This document shows positions 26,593 through 36,883 of a DNA stretch of 64,000 nucleotides, piece after piece. Position numbers and translations under genes: made by a program. Source of the DNA: an uncultured Bacilli bacterium (GTDB lineage: Bacteria; Bacillota_I; Bacilli_A; RF39; UBA660). The notes under the pieces were generated by a model that did no database searches, was not told the DNA's origin, and worked only from the letters and a program-made list of their open reading frames with translations. The number at the start of each line of letters is the position of its first letter. Within the stretch, counting starts at the first letter, position 1. Location of the stretch: positions 23,358-87,357 of the forward strand of contig CALVRN010000001.1 in NCBI GenBank assembly GCA_944358675.1. The letters are read 5' to 3'.

Positions 26593-29500
26593 CTTTTGTA
26601 TTGACAACTAACTTATAATTTTTACCATTTATTGAAATATGTGCATCATTAATAGCATTAAACATATCAACAACATATCCATAATCCTCAACGTTCCCAG
26701 CTTTCGTATCAATAATAATAGCATATGTGCCTTTTTCTAAGTTAGAAACATCAATTTGACCATTGTACCAAGCATATTCTTTAGATAAATTATCTAAAGA
26801 TGTAATAGTATAGCTTCCTTGATTAGTACTATCAATATCAGCTGAAATTAAATCAAAAGTTTTAACATTTTCTAAATATACTTTTCTATAAATGTTTGAT
26901 TTATTACTATAGTCAACGCCATAATTATAAGAAGTACCAATTAAATTTAAATAATTACCATCAAAACTCATATCATCATAATCATTTATCATATTACGAT
27001 ATGTAGGAGATTCACTTGTTGTAATAAGTCCACCATCTCTAATATTTAACTCAACAGCTTTAGATTTTTTCTTTAAATTGACATAGAAATTATATCCTTT
27101 TTTATTATCCTCACTTCTTTTATCAATTGGACTATTCAATATATTAGAAAATAAAGCTTCAGAATAATAATCTTTACTCTCACTTCTCATGTACAAATCA
27201 TAATCTCCTTGAGGAATACCAGATAAATCGATATCTCCTTTAAACCATGCACCACGATAATCATAACCATTTTCTTCACCTAAATCATATGGCAAATCAT
27301 TTGTCCATCTATCAATATTTACATTATATTTTTCGTTGGTGTTTTTGTTTTCTAATACCAATTGAAATTTCAAATAATCATCAATGCCATTATTTGCGCC
27401 TAACTGTATCAAATAACCACTAATTTCGTATTTTTTAGAATTGTCATTCCATTTTATGCCATCTAAATAAAATTCTCCGTCTTTCTTTTCTAATACTTTT
27501 TCAGTAACAGTAACTGTAATCGTCTTAGTAACGGTTTGTTTATAAGAATCAGTTACTGAATAAGTTACTTTATATTTACCTAAAGTATCAGATTTAACCT
27601 CGTTTTTATCGACGTTTATTTTTGTAATAGTTCCATCTTCTGGGTCATAAGCCGTAACACCTTCTAACGGATCAAAATTACTATTTAGATAAATTGTTTT
27701 ATCATAAGCGTTAATAACTGGTAACTGATTTACAACAACTTTAACCGTTATTGTTTTTGTTGTTTTTTGTCCATTTTTATCTTCTACAGTATAAGTCACT
27801 TTATACTCGCCTACTTGATCAGTTTTAACATCACTTTCATAATCAATATCTTCAATTGGACCATCCTCAGCATCACTAGCTGTAACACCTTCTAACGGAT
27901 CAAATGTACTATTTAAATAAATTTCCTTGTCTGATGCATTGATAACTGGTTTTTCGTTAGGAATAACAGTTACTTTAATTGTTTTACTAGCCTCTTTACC
28001 TTTAGAATCCTTTACTTTATAAGTAACTTCATAAGTATCAGCAACATCAGTATTTACTGTCTCTTCATATGTTACATCATCAGTTAAATCAGTTCCATCA
28101 TGAGCTGTAGCTTTAACACCATCCATATAATCAAACTTTTCAAATTGTTTAACTTCTCTGTCTTCAGCAGTAATTGTTGGCATTTCATTTGAAACAACCT
28201 TAACTGTTATTGTTTTACTAGCATGAAAATTACTATTATCTACTACCATATAAGTAACATGATAAGTTCCTTCTTGATCAATTTTAACATCACTTTCATA
28301 TGTAATTCTATTTGTTAAATTACCATTTTCTACATCATTCGCACTAACCCCTGATAAAGGATTAAAATCAGAACCTTGTGTAATAGTTTGATCAGAAGCG
28401 TTAATTACAGGTTGATTGTTAGCAACATATATCTCTTCAGTAGGAATATAACCATATAGTACATTTTCACTAGCAGGTAAATCCGTATATACTTTATAAA
28501 ACTCAACCCCATTTAACCCGATCACTTTGTCTACTACATTAACAGCCAAATCATTAATCTTTTCGTTACTATTTGGATTTTTTAAAGTATAAATATGTGC
28601 CTCATCTGTTCTTTCAGGTTTATCAAATACCCAAGGATTAGCAATATTTTTTCTAACAACTCCAATAGTACTTGAATTAAAGTCTTTTCCACCATAATCC
28701 AAATCACTCAAAAATGAATTACTAGCTTGTTTTTCACCCCAATAAGGATCGGCTGCATATTTAACGTTTCTACCACTTGCTTTATTACCATAATGGCTTC
28801 CATAGTAATATGCTCCAGTTGCAAGTGAATAACTTGTACCAGTCTTTTGAGCATAATCCATAATTGAATCTCTGACACTGTCATAAGGATAAGCACAGTC
28901 ATAAGCACAACTATCAGCTGCACCATAACCAAATAAATTGTTTTTATCCATGGCGATCTTACTAGTACCATTCGCACTTTCATTCATAGCTGTACTAAAC
29001 ATCATTAAAGCATTTTGTCCATAAGTTACCTCAGCTTCTTTAAAATATTGTCCTGTTCCATACATTTTAGAAGTGGATGCATTATAACCTTTACTAGCAA
29101 TTATGTTATCAAAATCACCAGCTGTATAACCCGTTACCGAATGACTGGATAAATACATATAATAAGCATAATGAGGATTGTTTGCATTAACGCTATTACT
29201 ATAAATACCTTTTCTATAATCATCAAGCATAGTAGTTAAACTCGAATAAAAATAATTGCCATCAAAACTGTAATACTTAACATCTTTAGCTAAAAAACTT
29301 GGAGCCGTTCCTAAATTAGTAAATGTATCACCATAACCTGTTCCAGTATAATAAGTAAAATGGTGAATTAAATTACCTGATTGGCCATAATGATTATAAT
29401 ATGTTCCAAGTTCTGTTGAACCAGAAGGAATGATAGTCATACTATCACCCTTCGCAATCCAAGCAGTTTGACCATCATAACTTATTTTAAACCAAGTATA

Positions 29501-30085
29501 TCCTTGATTTTCCACTGTTTCAGTATAAGCGAACGTTGTTGGAGTAGTAACCTTTCCAAGTTCTTTTCCGCTTGTTGAAGGTTCAGTTCTAATCTTATTA
29601 CCCTTACCAGGTACATAAATTGAATTGCCGGTTACTCCAAGTAATGAAATTGGCGTAACCACACCATTACTAGCTTCTGTCCAGCCTGTATAACCACTGA
29701 TCATTATCTTAACTCGTCCGTTGTCACTGTAGCCAAGCAAAGCCGCATCAGTACCATAAGAACCATGAACATAAGTATAAGCTCCGCCTGTCGCAGATGT
29801 ATATAAATTATAAGTACTACCAGGTTTAAATTTAAATATCGCATATTTACTATCTACAGGTACGCCATCTCTATAAATAGTTGCCACATTACTAGCTGTA
29901 GAATTTTGAGCATTCATCGCATTTAAAGCCGCACTATAACTACTATAAGTACCAACAACCTTATTACCTGTTTGATTCGCAACCATTTCAACTGTATAAG
30001 TTGAAGCTGCCTCTACCTTAGAAAAAGGCATAAAAACAAAGACAAAAAATATTATAAAAAATAAAGTTACAAATCTTTTCTTCAT
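26561..30085 (-). CDS. Secreted cell-wall hydrolase: SH3b-like domain, GH73 N-acetylglucosaminidase domain, four Ig-like (DUF5011-type) repeats and a C-terminal beta-rich domain
   Basis: Signal peptide ending KVEA-AS. SH3b-like IRTEPSTSGKELGKV...WFKISYDGQTAWI. GH73 motif TAMNESANGTSKIAMDKNNLFGYGA. Four units of ~77 aa of the form PVINA-D-x-I-x(6)-F-(D/N)-PL-x-GV-x-A-x-D. Confidence 0.85.
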   Translation of the reverse strand: MKKRFVTLFFIIFFVFVFMPFSKVEAASTYTVEMVANQTGNKVVGTYSSYSAALNAMNAQNSTASNVATIYRDGVPVDSKYAIFKFKPGSTYNLYTSATGGAYTYVHGSYGTDAALLGYSDNGRVKIMISGYTGWTEASNGVVTPISLLGVTGNSIYVPGKGNKIRTEPSTSGKELGKVTTPTTFAYTETVENQGYTWFKISYDGQTAWIAKGDSMTIIPSGSTELGTYYNHYGQSGNLIHHFTYYTGTGYGDTFTNLGTAPSFLAKDVKYYSFDGNYFYSSLTTMLDDYRKGIYSNSVNANNPHYAYYMYLSSHSVTGYTAGDFDNIIASKGYNASTSKMYGTGQYFKEAEVTYGQNALMMFSTAMNESANGTSKIAMDKNNLFGYGAADSCAYDCAYPYDSVRDSIMDYAQKTGTSYSLATGAYYYGSHYGNKASGRNVKYAADPYWGEKQASNSFLSDLDYGGKDFNSSTIGVVRKNIANPWVFDKPERTDEAHIYTLKNPNSNEKINDLAVNVVDKVIGLNGVEFYKVYTDLPASENVLYGYIPTEEIYVANNQPVINASDQTITQGSDFNPLSGVSANDVENGNLTNRITYESDVKIDQEGTYHVTYMVVDNSNFHASKTITVKVVSNEMPTITAEDREVKQFEKFDYMDGVKATAHDGTDLTDDVTYEETVNTDVADTYEVTYKVKDSKGKEASKTIKVTVIPNEKPVINASDKEIYLNSTFDPLEGVTASDAEDGPIEDIDYESDVKTDQVGEYKVTYTVEDKNGQKTTKTITVKVVVNQLPVINAYDKTIYLNSNFDPLEGVTAYDPEDGTITKINVDKNEVKSDTLGKYKVTYSVTDSYKQTVTKTITVTVTEKVLEKKDGEFYLDGIKWNDNSKKYEISGYLIQLGANNGIDDYLKFQLVLENKNTNEKYNVNIDRWTNDLPYDLGEENGYDYRGAWFKGDIDLSGIPQGDYDLYMRSESKDYYSEALFSNILNSPIDKRSEDNKKGYNFYVNLKKKSKAVELNIRDGGLITTSESPTYRNMINDYDDMSFDGNYLNLIGTSYNYGVDYSNKSNIYRKVYLENVKTFDLISADIDSTNQGSYTITSLDNLSKEYAWYNGQIDVSNLEKGTYAIIIDTKAGNVEDYGYVVDMFNAINDAHISINGKNYKLVVNTKENNRVELVVS
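27505..28420 (-). repeat. Four tandem coding repeats of ~231 bp (Ig-like modules) inside the autolysin gene
   Basis: Recurrent DNA blocks, e.g. gtaacaccttctaacggatcaaa at ~27656 and ~27886. The protein repeats are listed under the CDS. Confidence 0.8.
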
Positions 30086-30241
30086 ATACTATGCCCTCCT
30101 AATTATCCTAATATAATTATATCAAATAATAAGATAAAAGTATATGACAACTACCCACAACTAGACAATATTTGACATAATAAAACAATTTACTTATTAC
30201 CAAACATATGATAAAATATTAGACAAATTGGGGGAAATAAA

Positions 30242-31063
30242 ATGGACACGATAAAAAATACTGCAAAAAGTTTTACTAAAGGTTTATTTAAACCAGACAA
30301 TAAACTATCTTTAATTCCAAATTGGCTTTCATTTTCAAGAATTATTGGTGGCATAGCCATTCCTATCATGGCCTACACCGGCACATCTTTACCAATTCTA
30401 TTTGGTACCGTTAGTTTTCTTGCTGTTTCCGATTTTTTAGATGGAAAAGCTGCTAGAATCATTGCCAAAAGTGAAACAAAAGAAGGTGCCATGTTAGATG
30501 CCGTTTCCGACAAAATCTTTTCACTAGCCTTAATTATCGGAATACTACCAGTCATGCCAGTATTTGCCATAAATGGTGTTTTAGAAGGAACTATAGCTCT
30601 AGTCAACGCCAAACTATTATCTAAAGGTGGCTCACCTAAAAGTAACTTCCTTGGTAAAGTAAAAATTTGGCCATTATCTATTGCTCTTGTTTTAGGTTAC
30701 TTAGCCCTTGCCGTCCAAAATTTAAACATAGTCGGAATTACCAACGAAACATTACTTACTCTAAGCACTATATTAAGTGTTGGAACAATGCCCCTTCAAG
30801 CTTTAAATATTAAACAATATTTTGAAGAGTACAAAACACAAACCCAAAAGAAATCAGCCGAACCATCAGATGAAAATCAACATGATATAAAAAATGAACT
30901 AAATCAAAACAAAGAAAAAACAAAAGAGAAAAAAATCACTCCAAAATTTACACTTTCCAAAGAAAGCCATCAAGCAATGGTTTATGAATTAGAAAACACA
31001 GAAATAGTTAGAGAAAAAATAGAAGAAAAAGAAAAAGTATATACAAAGAAGAACAAATATTAA
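30242..31063 (+). CDS. CDP-alcohol phosphatidyltransferase family protein with a K/E-rich C-terminal tail
   Basis: The signature D-x2-DG-x2-AR...G-x3-D-x3-D is present as SDFLDGKAARIIAKSETKEGAMLDAVSDK. Several TM helices. GGGGG RBS. Confidence 0.8.
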   Translation: MDTIKNTAKSFTKGLFKPDNKLSLIPNWLSFSRIIGGIAIPIMAYTGTSLPILFGTVSFLAVSDFLDGKAARIIAKSETKEGAMLDAVSDKIFSLALIIGILPVMPVFAINGVLEGTIALVNAKLLSKGGSPKSNFLGKVKIWPLSIALVLGYLALAVQNLNIVGITNETLLTLSTILSVGTMPLQALNIKQYFEEYKTQTQKKSAEPSDENQHDIKNELNQNKEKTKEKKITPKFTLSKESHQAMVYELENTEIVREKIEEKEKVYTKKNKY

Positions 31064-31081
31064 ATATTTGTTCTTCTTTGT
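31043..31081. terminator. Perfect 18-bp-arm palindrome, a bidirectional terminator between convergent genes
   Basis: The sequence acaaagaagaacaaatat-taa-atatttgttcttctttgt includes the stop codon of the + strand gene. Confidence 0.75.
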
Positions 31082-31105
31082 ATAATTTTTCAACGCGAAT
31101 TAAAA

Positions 31106-32617
31106 TTAATTATTTGAATTAAACACCTGAACAGAATCTAATTTAACAAGTCTAATATCAGTATCACTTGAAATACCTCTAGCATTTTTAAAAGTGTCTA
31201 AGAAAATTCCACCATCACCCCAGGGTGTCAAGTTCCAAGTATAGTAACTAGGCAAAATAATGACCTCTATAGATTTCATGTTTTCGGCTTTTTGAATATC
31301 TATATATTGCTCACGCTTCAAATGATAACTATAAACATAAAGGGTATAAATACCGAAAACAATCACCCATATACCAATAACAACATTAATAAAAATTTGT
31401 ACTATTTTTTTATTTAAAAAACTAATTTCATTATCGCCGATAACGAAAAGAACAATAATAAATAACATATATGTGGTATATATGGACATACGACCACCCC
31501 ATACAGGCGAAACTATCATAGAACCATTACACATAATTGCTAATATAATATAAAAAATCAATTTTGAATATAGTTTTTTATCAGAAACTTTAAATACACT
31601 AAATATAAAACAAATAATATATATAATCCAAAATAGAGAAACATACCATCTACTTGGTTCCAACAAAATATGAAGTTTTGGAATCTTTGCACCAGTAAAC
31701 TCATTAACTGTAACTGTAAAAGCAGTTAACAATGGAATGAATAACAAATAACAGATTAATAAATATTTTAATTTACCAGTTAACTTCTTATTTATTAAAT
31801 AGCTCAAAAAAACACCAGCAAGAGACACAAAAAAGGCATTTTTTATAAATGTATAAGAAATAATATTCTGAATATTAACAATTAATAATTCGCTTAGTTT
31901 TAAAGTATTCTCATCAGCTCTAATTTGAGTACCTGGGCTTGTCAACATTAAAATGGTACCGATCAAAGTTACACAAAAACATAAAAACATCAATAAATCA
32001 AATTTCTTATATTTATGTTTTGTATAAATAACAATAGAAAGACATATTGTTAAAACGAAAATACTAGCAGTTTCAACAAACATTGACATAATGAATGATA
32101 ATGGTACTAAAAAATAATAATACCATCTATTTGGTGACTCTTGCTCAAATATATTTCTTTTAATATAAAGCAAAAAAATGCCAAAAACCAGCGGAATAAA
32201 ATATGTAATAGTACCGGTTTTCCAAACATAACTTTGAGAAAATACCTCTGGATCAATAAACAAAATTGTCATTAATAATAATGGTAAAAAGAACAATTTA
32301 GGTGAACCATCAACAATTTTAGACAACCAATAAAACATTAAAGTCATTAAAGATGCAATTGTTATAGAATAAGCAAAAACATTAGGAACTAATAAAGTTA
32401 ATAAAATACGACTAAAAAAGCGTCCTTCCCATGTCATAAAAAAATCTTTAGCAATATCGATTGCGCCAAATAAATCTTTCCCTCGGCCTTGAATATAATT
32501 AATATAATCATCACCACCATAAGGAATAAAATAACTAAACATAAAAGTTAAAATAAATATAGCTATACAATAAAATATTGTTTTATTATTAATTAAATTA
32601 TCAATCTTTTGTTTCAT
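31106..32617 (-). CDS. Polytopic membrane protein (DUF6056-like, possible GT-C-type)
   Basis: About 13 TM helices, an N-terminal YGGDDYINY motif and a C-terminal soluble segment. The family assignment is from memory only. Confidence 0.35.
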   Translation of the reverse strand: MKQKIDNLINNKTIFYCIAIFILTFMFSYFIPYGGDDYINYIQGRGKDLFGAIDIAKDFFMTWEGRFFSRILLTLLVPNVFAYSITIASLMTLMFYWLSKIVDGSPKLFFLPLLLMTILFIDPEVFSQSYVWKTGTITYFIPLVFGIFLLYIKRNIFEQESPNRWYYYFLVPLSFIMSMFVETASIFVLTICLSIVIYTKHKYKKFDLLMFLCFCVTLIGTILMLTSPGTQIRADENTLKLSELLIVNIQNIISYTFIKNAFFVSLAGVFLSYLINKKLTGKLKYLLICYLLFIPLLTAFTVTVNEFTGAKIPKLHILLEPSRWYVSLFWIIYIICFIFSVFKVSDKKLYSKLIFYIILAIMCNGSMIVSPVWGGRMSIYTTYMLFIIVLFVIGDNEISFLNKKIVQIFINVVIGIWVIVFGIYTLYVYSYHLKREQYIDIQKAENMKSIEVIILPSYYTWNLTPWGDGGIFLDTFKNARGISSDTDIRLVKLDSVQVFNSNN

Positions 32618-32640
32618 AAAATTTCACCTTTCAAATAAAA

Positions 32641-33783
32641 TTAAATACCCCTGACAAACACCATATATCCTAAAAATCCAATAAATATCAAATACATAAT
32701 AGCGCCATTTATCATTTCAAACTTAGTTGATTTATACTTAACTCCAACGGCCATAGTAGCTAAAATACCACCAACTAAACCACCAATGTGCGCCCAGTTG
32801 TCAATTCCTGTTGAAGTAAATCCAATTAATAAATTAATAACAATTAAAGGAATAATTTGTGATTTAACAACACTATCCAAATATACTCTATAATGATATC
32901 CAAAATACAAAAGTGCTCCCATTAATCCAAATATAGCTCCAGAAGCGCCAACACTAAATCCATTATCAAAGAATATTGAAAGCATAGAACCACCTAAACC
33001 GGAAAGCAAATAAACTATCAAATATTTCCATTTACCTAAGAAACTTTCTAGTTGCATGCCTATTACATACAAAGCATACATATTAAATAATATATGTAAT
33101 ATACTAGCATGTAAAAATATTCCCGTAAATAACCTATAATATTGGCCAAGTTCTACTATATAAAATCTATTAACCGCAAACATTTGTAAAATACTATCAT
33201 TAAACATCGATAAAATAAATACTATCACATTAATTATAATTAATGCATATGTTATAACCGGTTTTTTAGGACTAAACACATCTTCATTCATCTTGGCATC
33301 TCCCTCATTCTTCTTATTAATATCACTAGTAATTTTCATAAATAATTCTAATCCTTTTTCTTTAAAATCCATATCTTTTGTAATATCAGGAAAAGCATTA
33401 ATTACAAAGCGATATTTATTTAAATCTTCAGCTTCATGAATATTAGCAAACTTTATATTAGGAGTATCCTCAAATTCAGATATATCAACATTATCACCTA
33501 AATTAACAAATATACTTAATGCATTAATCTTAAATGATAGTGTTTTTTTCTTGATTGTTTTAAGTAAATTTTTAGTTTTAAATATATCAAATTTAAATTG
33601 TTCATTATTATGAATATAACCAGAAACAATTCTAACTATTTTATAATCATCTTCCAAATTTTCAAGCCAAATTTCATCCTTAACTCCTCTAATTATTACA
33701 GGATTATAACCTCTTTCAGTAATAAAATAATGGAGCAATTTCATAACCAATTCTTCTTTTTTATCAATCACTATCTCGTTCAC
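32641..33783 (-). CDS. Rhomboid family intramembrane serine protease with a ~170-aa cytoplasmic N-terminal domain
   Basis: LHASILHILFNMYAL (HxxxN), catalytic GASGAIFGLMGA, and the His in WAHIGGLVGG. Seven TM helices. Confidence 0.85.
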   Translation of the reverse strand: MNEIVIDKKEELVMKLLHYFITERGYNPVIIRGVKDEIWLENLEDDYKIVRIVSGYIHNNEQFKFDIFKTKNLLKTIKKKTLSFKINALSIFVNLGDNVDISEFEDTPNIKFANIHEAEDLNKYRFVINAFPDITKDMDFKEKGLELFMKITSDINKKNEGDAKMNEDVFSPKKPVITYALIIINVIVFILSMFNDSILQMFAVNRFYIVELGQYYRLFTGIFLHASILHILFNMYALYVIGMQLESFLGKWKYLIVYLLSGLGGSMLSIFFDNGFSVGASGAIFGLMGALLYFGYHYRVYLDSVVKSQIIPLIVINLLIGFTSTGIDNWAHIGGLVGGILATMAVGVKYKSTKFEMINGAIMYLIFIGFLGYMVFVRGI

Positions 33784-33791
33784 AATATCAC

Positions 33792-34676
33792 CTACTCAAA
33801 TTTTTTTAATATATTTGTAAAACACTCAGGAAGTTCACTATCAAATTGAATATATTTTCCGGTAGTTGGATGTACAAACCCAAGTTCTTTTGCATGTAAA
33901 CACTGGCCTGTTTCATCAAATAACTTTCTATTACCATATACTGGATCATTTACTAAAGGATGTCCTATATAATCCATATGTACTCTAATCTGATGAGTTC
34001 TTCCTGTTTCTAATCTAAGTTCTATTAAAGTTGCCTTTTCATATCTTTTTAAAACCTTAAAATGAGTAATCGCTTCTTTACCATCCGCACGTATAGCCAT
34101 TTTTTTACGATCACTTTTACTTCTACCTATTGGAGCATCTATTTCACCAGTATCACTTTCAATTACTCCCCAAACTAAAGCAACATACTTTCTATAAGTC
34201 TTTTTTTCAGCTAGCTCTTCAGCTAAAATTTCGTGAGCTTTATTATTTTTAGCTACCATAAGTAAACCGGTTGTATAAGCATCTATTCTATGTACAATAC
34301 CAGGCCTTACTTCACCATTAACATCACTCAATTTAGTATGATATAAAAGTCCATTAACCAAAGTACCACTATGATTTCCCGCACCTGGATGTACCACTAC
34401 TCCATTTGCTTTATTTATAACTAGTACATCATCATCTTCATAGACAATGTCTAAATCCATCTTTTCTGGTTTAACGCCATCTTCACTAACATGATTTACA
34501 GTTATTATATCATTTTCTTTTAATAAAAAACCAGGTTTTACAATTTTTTCATTAACCAAAACCTCTTTAGCTTTAATCATCTTAGTAACCTGACTTCGAC
34601 TAATCTCTAAAGCTTCTGCCAAAAAATTATCTAACCTAATATCATTTTGATTTACTTGATACTTCATTTTTATCAC
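33792..34676 (-). CDS. rluD: RluA-family 23S rRNA pseudouridine synthase (RluD-like) with an S4 domain
   Basis: S4-like N-terminus (RLDNFLAEALEISRSQV), catalytic HRIDAYTTGLL, and GRTHQIRVH. Confidence 0.9.
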   Translation of the reverse strand: MIKMKYQVNQNDIRLDNFLAEALEISRSQVTKMIKAKEVLVNEKIVKPGFLLKENDIITVNHVSEDGVKPEKMDLDIVYEDDDVLVINKANGVVVHPGAGNHSGTLVNGLLYHTKLSDVNGEVRPGIVHRIDAYTTGLLMVAKNNKAHEILAEELAEKKTYRKYVALVWGVIESDTGEIDAPIGRSKSDRKKMAIRADGKEAITHFKVLKRYEKATLIELRLETGRTHQIRVHMDYIGHPLVNDPVYGNRKLFDETGQCLHAKELGFVHPTTGKYIQFDSELPECFTNILKKFE

Positions 34677-35115
34677 CCTTTATAATTTGGATAACTATTA
34701 AAATCATTGATATAACAATCACAATATCAGCTAAATTAAATACAGGAAAATTATATCCAAAAATGTTAAAATCTAAATAATCAACTACCTGCATACGTAA
34801 AACTCTGTCAATTAAATTTCCCATAATTCCACCAACTAATAAACCATATGAAACTTGTTCAAAATCGGTTAATGTTTTACCTTTAATGAAAAAGAAATAT
34901 AATACATTTAAAACAACTACTGAAATTATTATTAATAAAATAGTATTAGAACTTAAAATACTAAAAGCCGCCCCTGTATTACCAATTAAAGTTATATTAA
35001 AGAAATTTTTAATTATAGTAATAGACTGACCATAATTCATAAAAAACAATAAACCATTTTTAATAAGCTGATCAAATAAAACAGTTATAAAAGCAATTCC
35101 AAATAGTTTTTTCAT
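34642..35115 (-). CDS. lspA: Lipoprotein signal peptidase II
   Basis: GNTGAAFS, GNLIDR and VVDYLDF...FNLAD motifs; 4 TM helices. Confidence 0.92.
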   Translation of the reverse strand: MKKLFGIAFITVLFDQLIKNGLLFFMNYGQSITIIKNFFNITLIGNTGAAFSILSSNTILLIIISVVVLNVLYFFFIKGKTLTDFEQVSYGLLVGGIMGNLIDRVLRMQVVDYLDFNIFGYNFPVFNLADIVIVISMILIVIQIIKGDKNEVSSKSK

Positions 35116-35210
35116 AATGTATCACCACAGAATATTATATCAGAAAATACATATTATTCAAAATAGTCAAGAAAGGTAAAATATGATAAAATTATAACAG
35201 AGGTGAAATT

Positions 35211-35702
35211 ATGAAAAGAGAAAATTATTTATCTTGGGATGAATACTTTATGGCCATTACTGAACTAAGCGCTATGAGAAGTAAAGATCCTTCAACTCAG
35301 GTTGGTGCTTGTATAGTAAGCGATGATAATAGGATACTTTCAATCGGTTATAATGGTGCCCCTAACGGATTTAATGATGATGAATTTCCTTGGGGACGAG
35401 ACGGAGAAAACTTAAATACTAAATATCCTTATGTTTGCCACGCAGAATTAAATGCTATTTTAAACTACCGAGGAAACAAAAAAGATTTAGAAAAAGCAAA
35501 AATATATGTTGATTTATTTCCATGTAATGAATGTGCTAAAATAATTATTCAAGCTGGAATAAAAGAAGTAATTTATTTAAATGACAAATATGCGAATAGT
35601 GATAACAATATTGCATCTAGAACTTTATTTGACAAATGTAATATCAAGTATCACAAAATATCCATGAACAAAGAAATAAAACTAAATATGAAAAACAATT
35701 AA
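35211..35702 (+). CDS. comEB: dCMP deaminase (ComEB-type)
   Basis: Zinc motifs CHAELNAI and PCNECAK; about 160 aa. Confidence 0.9.
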   Translation: MKRENYLSWDEYFMAITELSAMRSKDPSTQVGACIVSDDNRILSIGYNGAPNGFNDDEFPWGRDGENLNTKYPYVCHAELNAILNYRGNKKDLEKAKIYVDLFPCNECAKIIIQAGIKEVIYLNDKYANSDNNIASRTLFDKCNIKYHKISMNKEIKLNMKNN

Positions 35703-35761
35703 AAACTATTAAGAATTTTGACCTCACTATAAAGTGTAGAGCCAAAATTTTCCTAATAGTT

Positions 35762-36064
35762 TTATTTTTGGATAAATTTTAAAACTTCATCACTAGTCAT
35801 ATATCCAATATGCACATCATATGTACCATCTTTTTTAAAATAAATTAAAGTAGGTACACTCATAACTCCAAATCTCTTACATAATTCCAAATTTTCATCA
35901 ATATCAACTTTTATAATTTGTACCTTATCTTTAATTTCTTCTAATTCTGGTGCAAGCATCTTACATGGTCCACACCAAGTAGCGAAAAAATCAACTAATA
36001 CATCTCCTTTACTTATAATCTCATCAAAATTATCAGCACTTCCCTTTATTATTTCCATAATCAT
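35762..36064 (-). CDS. trxA: Thioredoxin
   Basis: WCGPC active site; about 100 aa. Confidence 0.92.
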   Translation of the reverse strand: MIMEIIKGSADNFDEIISKGDVLVDFFATWCGPCKMLAPELEEIKDKVQIIKVDIDENLELCKRFGVMSVPTLIYFKKDGTYDVHIGYMTSDEVLKFIQK

Positions 36065-36780
36065 TCCTCCTCATATTTTTCTATTACAGAATCAATTCCT
36101 TTTATATTTATTTTACCACTTTCATCAAGTTTTTTAACAGCATCTACAGTAACAACTTTATATTTCAAAAATAAATCTAAAGTTTCCAAATTAAATTCAT
36201 TACTGTTTTCTGAATTTGTATACTTATCGCTTAAACCTTTAAATTCATCCAATACTTTAAGTGAAGACTCCGCAACATTAGAAAGAAGTGGTGTATTTTT
36301 TAAAATTGGTTCACGATATGTTGAATCTTTTATAAAATCAACATCTACAAAATTTGGCATAGAAAGTAAATATAAAACAAAAAATACAATAATGTAATGT
36401 TTTATTACTCCTACAACAGCTCCTAATATTTTAGATGGAATACCTAAAACAATAGTAAACTTTAAAATAGTTTCTAAAATTCCTGTAGTTACTAATAAAA
36501 CTTTTAATAATATCATTAAAATACTGAAAACTAATATAAATGCAATAATTTCATATACCGCAATATTTAAAACAGTAACACCTTTTATAATTCCTCCAAA
36601 ACCAAAAAATGGACAAAAACTCATCAAAAATTCACTGACAGGATTTTTCAAAAAATACGCAAGTATTGTTACTACAATTATACCTAAAAAACTAACTAAA
36701 CTTTTAGTAAATCCTTGTTTAAAGCCAACAACAGCTCCTAGCAATATAAATAAAATAATTAATATATCTACAATATTCAT
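36061..36780 (-). CDS. CvpA family membrane protein with a C-terminal soluble extension
   Basis: The N-terminus NIVDILIILFILLGAVVGFKQGF is typical of CvpA; 4-5 TM helices. Confidence 0.7.
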   Translation of the reverse strand: MNIVDILIILFILLGAVVGFKQGFTKSLVSFLGIIVVTILAYFLKNPVSEFLMSFCPFFGFGGIIKGVTVLNIAVYEIIAFILVFSILMILLKVLLVTTGILETILKFTIVLGIPSKILGAVVGVIKHYIIVFFVLYLLSMPNFVDVDFIKDSTYREPILKNTPLLSNVAESSLKVLDEFKGLSDKYTNSENSNEFNLETLDLFLKYKVVTVDAVKKLDESGKINIKGIDSVIEKYEEE

Positions 36781-36883
36781 ATATTATCCCCTTCCTTATT
36801 AATTATATTATACCAATAAGTAAAAAGTAAAGTTTTATTGTTATGAAAATAGAAATATGTTAAAATATTTACAGGTGATGTTT

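Noticed and set aside
27505-28420. Regularly spaced ~231-bp repeats that might look like a repeat array or CRISPR.
   Set aside because: The period is far too long and there are no unique spacers. The repeats are in-frame coding repeats for Ig-like domains of the autolysin. No CRISPR-like short repeat/spacer array was seen anywhere in the window.
28708-28983. A 91-aa same-strand ORF inside the autolysin gene.
   Set aside because: It is out of frame within the GH73 domain coding region. The main frame carries the conserved catalytic motif, so this ORF is spurious.
30373-33849. ORFs 30373-30612 (-) and 33598-33849 (+).
   Set aside because: They are antisense to the CDP-alcohol phosphatidyltransferase and to the rhomboid/rluD genes respectively, so they are shadow ORFs.
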